In this document: piece by piece, positions 54,313 to 64,000 of the stretch | Numbering within the stretch: position 1 is the stretch's first letter | Layout of the letters: each line of letters begins with the position of its first letter | Assembly: GCA_951406725.2 (NCBI GenBank) | Contig: OX597828.1 | Location: 64,666,001 to 64,730,000 of the forward strand | Length of the DNA stretch: 64,000 nucleotides | Reading direction: 5' to 3' | Source: Octopus vulgaris | Taxonomy: Eukaryota | Notes under the pieces: model-generated | Databases searched by the model: none | What the model was told of the DNA's origin: nothing | Seen by the model: the letters and a program-made list of their open reading frames with translations, nothing else | Translations under genes and position numbers: made by a program

Positions 54313-54704
54313 TAAATTGATCAAAATAAAAATAAAAACATGAGGCGAAGGATTCAGCGGCACATATGTTTCGGGCCTTTATTAGACAGATTTATAACAA
54401 AGCATAATGTATGTCTGTGGCCTTCTTCAGCTGCGCACAACAGCTTCCACAAGGACATGTGTTACATCAAAAATTCTTGGTTGGGGATGCAAATCCTCTC
54501 GTTCACGTCGTACGTGAACGAGAGGATTTGCATCCCCAACCAAGAATTTTGATGTAACACATGTCCTTGTGGAAGCTGTTGTGCGCGGCTGAAGAAGGCC
54601 ACAGACATACATTATGCTTTGTTATAAATCTGTCTAATAAAGGCCCGAAACATATGTACCGCTGAATCCTTCGCCTCATGTTTTTATTTTTATTTTGATC
54701 AATT

Positions 54705-54706
<2 letters not shown>
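54313..54706. mobile_element. Near-perfect 394-bp palindromic hammerhead element (3-nt spacer)
   Basis: 54313-54508 is the reverse complement of 54512-54706 except for 2 substitutions and 1 indel seen. Confidence 0.92.
54585..54662 (+). ncRNA. Type I hammerhead ribozyme with extended stem II
   Basis: gcgg-CUGAAGA-a GGCC...GGCC c-GAA-ACAUAUGU-A-ccgc; GUA site at 54656-54658. Confidence 0.8.
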
Positions 54707-54763
<57 letters not shown>

Positions 54764-55007
54764 ATATACATACATATAGGCACACATCGATGCATACTAA
54801 CACACACACACACACACATATATATATAAAAGTGTGTTGCACGTATGCTTATATACTCACGCTTTTATAGGTACACTTGTAAATATGTGTGATCATAAGA
54901 ACAAATCCTCAAATATTCATACATGTATATATGTGTATGAGCACGGAAGCGTGCGTGTATACTTATGCATACATGTTTGTGTGCGCGTTTGATTTGTACT
55001 AACGTGC

Positions 55008-55269
55008 TGACGGTGGTGTAAACTATGTCTGTGAATATATATAAAATATGCAGATATATAATAAGGCATGTTCGCATGTGTTACCCAACGTTTATTTTCT
55101 TAACTATGCATAATGAATATAGAGGCATGCCGGCATTAATGCAAAACACGTAAACCAAGATGTTCTGTAATGTTCCTGGTTGATTTATAAGTACATTTAT
55201 TATCTTTTCATTATAGTTATGTGACGGTGGTGTAAACTATGTCTGTGAATATATATAAAATATGCAGAT
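55008..55269 (+). repeat. Identical 48-bp direct repeat (55008-55055 / 55222-55269)
   Basis: tgacggtggtgtaaactatgtctgtgaatatatataaaatatgcagat occurs twice. Confidence 0.9.
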
Positions 55270-55578
55270 TTATAAGCCTACCTTGTTACCTGAGATGCAT
55301 ATAATAATTTTTGATTACAAATATACATATAATTATGTCTCTTTTTCTCAAATGTGTCTACATCTTGGCTACTTAAGTCTTATACACTATATTTTAACAA
55401 TCAGATATGACACACGTGCGTGGCAATGGCTATCTCTCATAAATAGTGAAACCTTTACGGAATTTTTTGTATTAAATAAATGTTTGCAAAAAAAAATTGG
55501 TTATGCTAATTTATTTAAGATAATATCAAATAGCATGCAAAAGAAACTGTGAAATTTCATTATTTCCCTCTCTCTCTC

Positions 55579-55644
<66 letters not shown>

Positions 55645-56293
55645 CCTCTTCTGTTTTTCCTTTTTCTATGCATACATCAAACACACACACACACATGTTA
55701 TATTCTAGGGATCACGACAGCCGTGGTAATTATTTGGCCTATTTGGCCGAAAGGGTACTCAATACATGTACCATTGATAGTTTCATTATATCAACTAATC
55801 AATAGAACAAGGAATGCAATATTACGTAGGTAAGACGTTCTTTGTAAATCTGCTGTATTAGCAACTTTTGTTGTATAAGTAGCGCGGTGTAAGTACGGTA
55901 AAATGAATACAAACAGAGTGTGGCTTTTGTTAAGATTTTGTAACGTTCGTTTCGACAGCATAGCTATATATTTAGTCATGATGCATTAGATTATACGAAT
56001 TATATAACCAAATCACGTTCTGAGAGATTTTCACCAGTTGACAGGCTAGAGTAATCTGCAATGAGTCTAATTCGAACTTGGAGAAGTTTGAACTAAAGGC
56101 AAAGTTTGAACTAAAGGCAAAGTTTGGTTAAGTCAAACTACGAAATTTGTAAATTGCCATGGTTTCGAAATGTGCGTAGCATAATTTGGTCAAAACTACA
56201 TGCTATTCAAATTTTTCACACATACATATATACATACACACTCACATTCACACACAAAAACACGCACAATCATAAACATACACACACACATAC

Positions 56294-56326
<33 letters not shown>

Positions 56327-56522
56327 TGTATGTACGTATGCAAGTGGATTGCATGTAAACGTGCATATGTGGGCCACATGATTTTTGTTTTATCTTTATT
56401 CTACTTTGTGCTAGTCATCACAGTTGTGATAATGCTAGAACGCGTTTGTATATGCATAAATAATTCTTCAGTCAAATTACCATGCTTTGACATGGTAATT
56501 TGGCTTTGACATGGTAATTTGG

Positions 56523-56575
56523 CTTCTTCTTCTTCTTCTTCTTCTTCTTCTTCTTCTTCTTCCTCCTCCTCTTCC

Positions 56576-56610
<35 letters not shown>

Positions 56611-57217
56611 CTCCTCTTCTTCTTCTTCTTCTTCTTCTCCCTCTCTTTCTCCTTCTTCTTCTTCTTCTTCTTCTTCTTCTTCTTCTTCTTCTTCTTCTTC
56701 TTCGTCTTCTTCTTCTTCTTCTTCTTCTTCCTCCTCCTCCTCTTCTTCTTCCTCCTCTTCTTCTTCTTCGTCTTCTTCTTCTTCTTCTTCCTCCTCTTCT
56801 TCTTCTTCTTCGTCTTCTTCTTCTTCGTCTTCTTCTTCTTCTTCTTCCTCCTCCTCTTCTTCTTCTTCTTCTTCTCCTTCGTCTTCTTCTTCTTCTTCTT
56901 CTTCTTCTTCTTCGTCTTCTTCTTCTTCTTCTTCTTCGTCTTCTTCTTCTTCTTCTTCTTCTTCTCCCTCCTCCTCCTCTTCTTCTTCTTCTTCTTCTAC
57001 TTCCTCCTCCTCCTCCTCTTCTTCTTCTTCTTCTTCTTCTCCTCCTCCCTTCTTCTTCTTCTTCTTCTTCTTCTTCTTCTTCTTCTTCTTCTTCCTCCTC
57101 CTCCTCTTCTTCTTCTCGTCTTCTTTTTCTTCCTCTTCTTCTTCTTCCCTCTCCTCCTCCTCCTCCTCTTCTTCTTCTTCTTCTTCTTCCTTCCTCCTCC
57201 TCCTCTCTTCTTCTTCT
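56523..57217. repeat. ~695-bp (CTT/CCT)n polypyrimidine tract
   Basis: Read directly; it explains the poly-R, poly-L and poly-S ORFs. Confidence 0.98.
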
Positions 57218-57492
57218 ATTTGTTTCCTCCGCCTGAATCGGTCTTGTTACTACCATCTTTTCTTTTTCAACGGAGTTCTCTACACACAACATTAAATTAC
57301 TTACATGCAAGCACGCAAACGCACGCACGCGCAAATACATATACTGACTCACACACACATACTCGTATATATATATATGGGGAAAAAATCATAGGTAGAA
57401 AATGCTAAAAATAATTTAGCATTTTATAGAAAATACTAAAATAATTTTATAAAAATAAAATTTTTCCAAAATTTAATTGTTTTCCATACTTA

Positions 57493-57528
57493 CAGTTGAA
57501 AAAGCCTCAATGACTGAAACTGGTACTG
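57493..57528 (+). ncRNA. Degenerate minimal hammerhead, U3-A8 core, within a small fold-back (57392-57566)
   Basis: cag-UUGAAAA-AGcC ucaau GaCU-GAA-AC ug GU-A-ctg; flanking arms tagaaaatactaaaataattttataaaa / ttttataaaattattttagcattttcta. Confidence 0.5.
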
Positions 57529-57675
57529 AAATGTATTTTATAAAATTATTTTAGCATTTTCTACCTTGACTTTTTTTTCTATATATATCAACTAGTGTGT
57601 TCCTTTTCAACCTTCTACACATACAAACATATATAGATGTGTGTATTATGTGTGTATGTATGTGTGTGTGTGTTG

Positions 57676-57707
<32 letters not shown>

Positions 57708-57709
57708 TG

Positions 57710-57760
<51 letters not shown>

Positions 57761-58420
57761 CGTGTGTGTGCGTTTGTGTGTATTTCGTAAAGATGCCAAG
57801 AATGAAAAATGAAGAAATATCTTTCCAGCTTATAGGTTTTTGCAATGGTGAAACAATTCTGTAATTCTCTAACATATTAGTGCTGACAGGGAAGATTGTG
57901 CTAAATTCATTCAAATATCAGGATGTCTTTGCTATATCTAGTGACGAATTCCATCCACTCCCCATGGCAGGAAATATCGGACAGAATTCCTTTTTTTTTT
58001 AGCTTTTGTTTTGTTCGTCGACTTATTAGACACGTAAAGAATGGCCAACAGGTTAGAGCAAGAAACAATTATTCAAGGTGCCCCGTATTAATATTGAACC
58101 TAGAACCAGGTCATAACGAAGCACACTTCTTAACCTGACACTCTTGCATGCACACAAAAGTAGAAACCCCACCCACCTTCGTGTGATTCGGACCAGTTAC
58201 ATATTGCATAATTGAGGAGCGCATCACGTATTATAGCAATGCTTTGCCTCCCGAAGCATAGCACACAAATCTGTCCAATTATCTGATACTTTAGATTATT
58301 TATCAACTATATAAATCGATTTACAAATAGAAAATACAAACAGGTAATGTAGTTTGGTTTTATTGATCTGCACGATACGGCTTTTCTATGTAAGGAAGAT
58401 AAAAATGAATGAGCACTGTT

Positions 58421-58493
<73 letters not shown>

Positions 58494-59030
58494 GTATACA
58501 TATATTTTGGAATCAAACTGACTAGATAAACTAACAGAAAATAATTCGCACGCATACAATTAGAATATTAATATTAATGATGTGTTAATTAAAATTACAA
58601 CCTGATTTCCATGTGAAAGGACAAATATCATTTCTGGCAAAGCAGTAAAAGAAATCAATTTTTAGCGGGAATCGTTTCCTTAATTCAGTCACGTTTTATA
58701 GGACTTACAGCACGTTTGTGTGAAAAGGAAACTAATCTGCATTTGAATTAGTTTTTCGGATTTATTTTCAAACTGTTATCAATATTCGAATAGATGAGCA
58801 CTTCTTTGACGACTTTCGTTTGAGAGAAACGAGATATCTCACAGGAAATTAAATGTAAAAATAATGATTTAGTTACAATGAATTTAGGTCATCTTTATAC
58901 CTGTCTTAGTTATACGATTGTGGTCATGATGGGGCACCGCCTTTAAGAATTTTAGAAGGCCGGATCGGTCCGTTGTCAAGAGGCTGTAAGGCGACAAACA
59001 CAAACACGCACACACACACACACGCACACA

Positions 59031-59139
<109 letters not shown>

Positions 59140-59159
59140 TTATAATGTAAATGTAAAGA

Positions 59160-59340
59160 AATACAAACTGGGACAAGAACGTGAAACATTTAGAAGACGA
59201 TACAAAAAACACGGACGGGACATTCGAAGCCTTCAATCTTCAGTCAAGAACCGGATCATCTTCGCAATTTCGGCTGATTAATCTTGAGATTGCTCCGATC
59301 TGGCCAGCCCCAAAGGAAAATCTAAGCCAAGCGCATTGGG
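59160..59340 (-). repeat. Single-arm copy of the 8843-9231 family
   Basis: cattcgaagcc...cagtcaagaaccggatcatc...caatttcggctgatt is shared with 8843-9231. Confidence 0.75.
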
Positions 59341-59648
59341 ACCCACTTCGGTCATGAATGACCGTGGGATTGCACCTAGAAAGTTGCCCTCCGAGTCACA
59401 AGTCTGGGAAAAGTTGCTTGTGGAAGACCAGCAGTCGCCCATGCCTTCCCTCTCTCTACCACTGATGTTATCCAAAGGAACGACGAAGGTCGATACAGCC
59501 TAGCATCAGTGATGTCGCAACTCATTTCTACAGCTGAGTGAACTGGAACAACGTGAAATAAAGTGTCTTGCTCAAGAACAGAACATGCAGCCCGGTCTGG
59601 GAATCGAACTCACAAGCTCGACGCTCTAACCACTATGTCATGCGCCTT
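59340..59648 (-). mobile_element. SINE family D
   Basis: Matches 13110-13441. Confidence 0.85.
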
Positions 59649-59652
59649 CATA

Positions 59653-59698
<46 letters not shown>

Positions 59699-59725
59699 TA
59701 TATATATGTAGTTATATATATATAT

Positions 59726-60395
59726 ATAATATAAGGGACGTTAGCCATTTGAATGTGGCTAGGGACAGGGCAGGGCGGTGGGGATGTTACTGATGCATTT
59801 AGCCCCAGGCGATCATCAACGTCACCAGGAGGGCTGACGCCATCACGGCGTCCTCTAGCCTGCAAAGGGAGATCATTCCCCGAGGAAGCGGATGCCACAT
59901 ACGGACCTAGGTTTCAAGGTATTTGCCTATTATCAACGTATGGCAGGCACCGCTCCTCGACGAATGACTCTCTGTGCAGGATATATATAAAGATTTTCAC
60001 ATATATATAAAGATTTTCGTTTAGAGAATTATTATTGCTGTCGAACGGATTTTCTACATCAGTAAATGTATTTACTGTGAAAATCTTTATATATATCCTG
60101 CACAGAGAGTCATTCGTCGAGGAGCGGTGCCTGCCATACGTTGATAATAGGCAAATACCTTGAAACCTAGGTCCGTATGTGGCATCCGCTTCCTCGGGGA
60201 ATGATCTCCCTTTGCAGGCTAGAGGACGCCGTGATGGCGTCAGCCCTCCTGGTGACGTTGATGATCGCCTGGGGCTAAATGCATCAGTAACACCCCCACC
60301 GCCCTGCCCTGTCCCTAGCCACATTCAGATGACTAACGTCCCTTATATTATGGAGCAGTTACTGTCTATATCTCGTTTAGAGAATTATTATTGCT
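59726..60395. mobile_element. Fold-back hammerhead element: 276-bp inverted arms plus a 23-bp direct terminal repeat, in (TA)n
   Basis: 59726-60001 is approximately the reverse complement of 60076-60351; 60017-60039 equals 60373-60395. Confidence 0.92.
60135..60179 (+). ncRNA. Type I hammerhead ribozyme with compensatory U3-A8 core (mirror copy 59898-59942, -)
   Basis: catacg-UUGAUAA-u AGG caaaua CCU u-GAA-ACCUAGGU-C-cgtatg; GUC site at 60171-60173; stem I extends as an interrupted rod. Confidence 0.8.
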
Positions 60396-60632
60396 ATATA
60401 TATATATATATATATGAATGTATACGTACGTATACACATGTGTATATGTATATATATGTTTATATACATCTATTGTTAAACAGTAAATATTGACTTTCAG
60501 GTCTACACTCTTAAGAAAATTTCAACATGCAAAAAAAGACTTTTTTAAGAAAAATAATCCGGGAGGGGAGAATAATAATGGAGGATATAAACATCAGTGC
60601 TCATCAATAAGGCATTTTTACAGATATAAGAA

Positions 60633-60693
<61 letters not shown>

Positions 60694-61355
60694 TTATATT
60701 TCGGAATGGTCATATTGCCAGTTTAGCCAATAAAAACACACGCACTATATATTTGGTGTTATTTTGCTTCAGTGATATTTATTTTCTACATTAATCTTAA
60801 TCTTATTTCGGCCAAAGTTCTTTCGTCACACTCCTGTGACCGCATCAGTGGTCCTTTGTTTTCTTCTCACTTACTTGTGTCTCCCCTTACTAACCGTCAG
60901 CCATTTTGTATTTCTATTGTATGTCTTCATTTGCGCATGCTTATATCTCTATGTGCGTCTATGTTTATTTAGTGTGTGTGTGAGGGGGATGCCTGTAATA
61001 TTTGTATATTCTGGTTATATACATTCTTGTAATTTGTATTTTGTTTTTGTTGTTGTTGCTTTTGTTCTAATTTTGTTCATGTGTTTACATCCACCCATTA
61101 TTATCATTACATATGCTTGTATGTATGTATAACAACAATATTAGTAATAATAATAATAAATCTAATTGAAAAAAAAAAAGAAAAAAAAAAATATATATAT
61201 ATATATACATACATATATATATATATATACATATATATATACATACACATATACACACACACACACATATACATACACACACACATATATATAGTTATTC
61301 ATTTCTATTTCTTTAATTATCTGTGTATTTATTATGTTTGCAGGATCCACTATCG

Positions 61356-61967
61356 TCATATGTTGTGGTGTGCGCTATTGCTCCATTCTAGTTTTCTATT
61401 CAGGCTAGGTTTATTTTCTATTATATGTGTAGCTTCTGTAATTTGTCTAATTGTTGCATCTGTTCTATGTGTGGACAATATCTTAATCTCTATGTTATTG
61501 ATTGATCCCCCGTGTTCTTGTTCAGCGTGTTGGTACAGAATCGATGAGCTTTTACCTTCCTTGAGTTGTCTCCAATGTTCATTCACCCGCTCACCAATGC
61601 TTCTTGCTGTTTCCCCTACGTATGTTACTGTCTTGTTACTGCATCGTCCCTCTATACATCTTATACTATAGACCACATTTCTGGCTTTACAGTTTGTTTG
61701 TGGGCTAAATCTACATACAGTGCAATAGTTATCCGTACAGAGAGTTCTACTAAAAGGATAGCTTCTACCAATTATAGATCTGATAGGGTTGCCTGGCTTT
61801 TCAACAACCTTAATTCTTAGTTTAAGTTTATCTAGGGTCCTTCTAAAGCGGTACGCCAGTTCACCTCCAGGGGTGGTGTCAACGAACATGACACTCTGGT
61901 ATTTATGGCTATCATACCAAGAGTTGGCCTTCCCTATTTTCTTTTTGTCCTTTCTATAGTGTTCCAT
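61356..61967 (-). CDS. PLE Cys-rich linker and GIY-YIG endonuclease (frameshifted from the RT)
   Basis: CTDNYCTVC...NCKARNVVYSIRC...TYVGETARSIGERVNEH...HAEQEH...RQITEA...LNRKLEW. Confidence 0.92.
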   Translation of the reverse strand: MEHYRKDKKKIGKANSWYDSHKYQSVMFVDTTPGGELAYRFRRTLDKLKLRIKVVEKPGNPIRSIIGRSYPFSRTLCTDNYCTVCRFSPQTNCKARNVVYSIRCIEGRCSNKTVTYVGETARSIGERVNEHWRQLKEGKSSSILYQHAEQEHGGSINNIEIKILSTHRTDATIRQITEATHIIENKPSLNRKLEWSNSAHHNI

Positions 61968-62643
61968 GACTTGTTCCTATAGAGTGGGCAAATCCCATTC
62001 CTATCATTACATAATATATTATCAAATTTCTTCATGGCTCCTTTGTATACTCTGACCCTTTCTTTATGGCTGTAACCTGAGAACTGCATGCGGTGAATGA
62101 AATACTGTATGTGTCTCTTTAATTCTGTAGGCTCGCACATGCGTGACACATTTCTCATTATTCTGACGAGGTCTGCCATCAAAATATTGAATTTGGCATT
62201 GCCCGCAATGGCTGAGTTCCGGTGGATCAGGTATTTTGAGGCCATAGGTTTTGCATAGTATGAATGAAGGATTTGGGTTTTATTTTTCACAATTTCTAGC
62301 CAGAGTTCAGTGTCTAGTACTGGTAGTCTATGGTTGGGGTGTTTAGTGGGGTAGTCTATTGTGACCTTAATACTCTGGTGGATGGAGTTAGCTATTTGCT
62401 GGATGCTCTCCATAGTATTAGTTTCTATTACTATATCAACATTACTCTCTTGTGGGGGTGCCTTTACTACTATATTGATATCATCAACATAGCGAGAGTA
62501 CATGTTTACGAGTATGGATTTCTGCAGTAGGCATTCTTTAAGCCTTCTGTCCCACCATACCATGAAGAGGTTGGCCACATCACCAGCGATACTAACACCG
62601 ATGGCTGCCCCCTCGTCCTGGGCATATATTTTATTATTAAATT
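61934..62643 (-). CDS. PLE reverse transcriptase, C-terminal half (upstream part of the listed ORF is read from the inverted pLTR)
   Basis: FKFNNKIYAQDEGAAIG...ANLFM...RYVDDI...LPVLD...YYAKPM...SGYS. Confidence 0.92.
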
Positions 62644-62760
62644 TAAATAAACATAGACGCACATAGAGATATAAGCATGCGCAAATGAAGACATACAATA
62701 GAAATACAAAATGGCTGACGGTTAGTAAGGAGAGACACAAGTAAGTGAGAAGAAAACAAA

Positions 62761-62805
62761 GGACCACTGATGCGGTCACAGGAGTGTGACGAAAGAACTT
62801 TGGCC
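62761..62805 (+). ncRNA. pLTR hammerhead-like motif with variant core CUGAUGC (mirror copy 60810-60854, -)
   Basis: cca-CUGAUGC-g-GUCACA ggag UGUGAC-GAA-AG aa CU-U-tgg. Confidence 0.6.
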
Positions 62806-62980
62806 GAAATAAGATTAAGATTAATGTAAAAAATAAATATCACTGAAGCAAAATAACACCAAATATATAGTGCGTGTGTTTTTATTGGCTAAACTGGCAA
62901 TATGACCATTCCGAAATATAACAATATCTGTTTCAACACACGACTTCACATAAAAAATCTTGCACAACAAATATTTAAAC

Positions 62981-63025
<45 letters not shown>

Positions 63026-64000
63026 AAAATTACGGTGTATAACGAACGCTAGTAACTTTAAAACACCGTTAAGAAATTTGACGTCATACTACGAGAGAAG
63101 AAGAAAAAGGGAGAGAGAAAGATAATCAAAGGAGTAATGGAGGTATAAACAAATAGAAGTAAATGGCAGATAGATAGAAAAGATGAAAGAAAGAATAGGA
63201 TATATGAGATGAAAAATTAAAGTTTAAGTTGCAGATATTATTAAGTAAGGGAGCAGATATTATTTGAAATAGCTGAGAGAGTGTTTTTTCAATGTGAATA
63301 CTTGTAAACATGTTCTTTACTGGTGTTGACCAATGTGTGTTAGGAAAAATGGGTAAATATTTGTTCGTCCTTACAAAGAGAGCAGAAAGTTTTCTTTATA
63401 TCATAGGGAAACGATCTAGACAACATTTTCCTATCCAAAAAAAATTGTTTATAACAGTCTTTGAGATGCCAAATTATTTTACTAAGGACTGTAGTATTAC
63501 GTTTATTAATATATTTAAACGTAGAAAGGTGGTTTTTTTTTAATTCCGTGGATGAAACCCAATATAAATATATTACTTAGATCCTGCAGAAATTTTCCGT
63601 TGATAAACAACGCTTTTAATTCTGCAATTTCCCTTGAGAACATTAGTTTTATTCGGACCACAATTAAGAGGACTATTACTATTGGTACTATTATTTAAGG
63701 AGACATTATCATTATTATTTTTGTTGTTATTACAATTATTAAGCGAAACCCTTTTAGCGTTCAGAACATATGTGTTATGCGAGGAAATAATTTGTAGGAG
63801 GTTATTGGTGTTGGAGAAAAGAATTTGGATGCGATGTGCGTTGAGAACGGAGTGGTACCGGGAATTTTGGGGAAAGTTCCTTTGGACTGTTTGACGAAAT
63901 TGGTAAGGAAGGTTACTTTTAAATTGTTTTCCGTCTGGAATAGTAAACTAAATAGTTTTACTTGGTTCATGCGATTTATAGGGAGATTTCACATTAAAAA

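Larger units (their letters stand above)
60691..62985 (-). mobile_element. Penelope-like element, 5'-truncated, with inverted pseudo-LTR (60691-60971 / 62644-62924), in (TA)n
   Basis: RT plus GIY-YIG coding region between two 281-bp inverted copies that differ at about 2 positions. Confidence 0.93.

Noticed and set aside
56477-57358. Protamine-like poly-Arg ORF (293 aa) and poly-Ser/poly-Leu ORFs
   Set aside because: All frames are open because of the (CTT/CCT)n tract; no Tyr/Ser pattern or codon diversity of a real protamine.
60180-60215. gcttcctcg motif suggesting an HDV-like ribozyme
   Set aside because: The nested P1/P3/P1.1 pairings cannot be formed; these bases pair in the extended hammerhead stem I instead.

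Overview
AT-rich, microsatellite-saturated eukaryotic DNA, most likely an octopus or other coleoid genome (inferred from the SINE families and repeat density). No host protein-coding gene is confidently visible, and nearly all ORF-track entries are microsatellite or antisense artefacts. Real coding remnants are all transposon-derived: an uninterrupted but 5'-truncated RLE-type (Hero-like) LINE ORF (~27138-29606, -), a 5'-truncated Penelope-like element (PLE) with RT and GIY-YIG domains and inverted termini (60691-62985), Tx1/L1-like pieces, and decayed RTE, R4/Dong-like, CR1-like and mariner fragments. There are also about 20 tRNA-derived SINE copies of four families. The main hidden signal is a dense set of short non-coding elements inside (TA)n/(CA)n tracts. 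About eleven loci, mostly from unrelated families, carry hand-folded type I hammerhead ribozyme candidates with palindromic stem III. Four of them have a compensatory U3-A8 core. Several form near-perfect fold-backs with 3' ends facing outward and/or circularly permuted ends, and several share a 14-nt box (TTGRCTGCTATTTC). The PLE at 60.7-63.0 kb has the same architecture and is a candidate mobilising partner. All RNA folds were done by eye and are untested.
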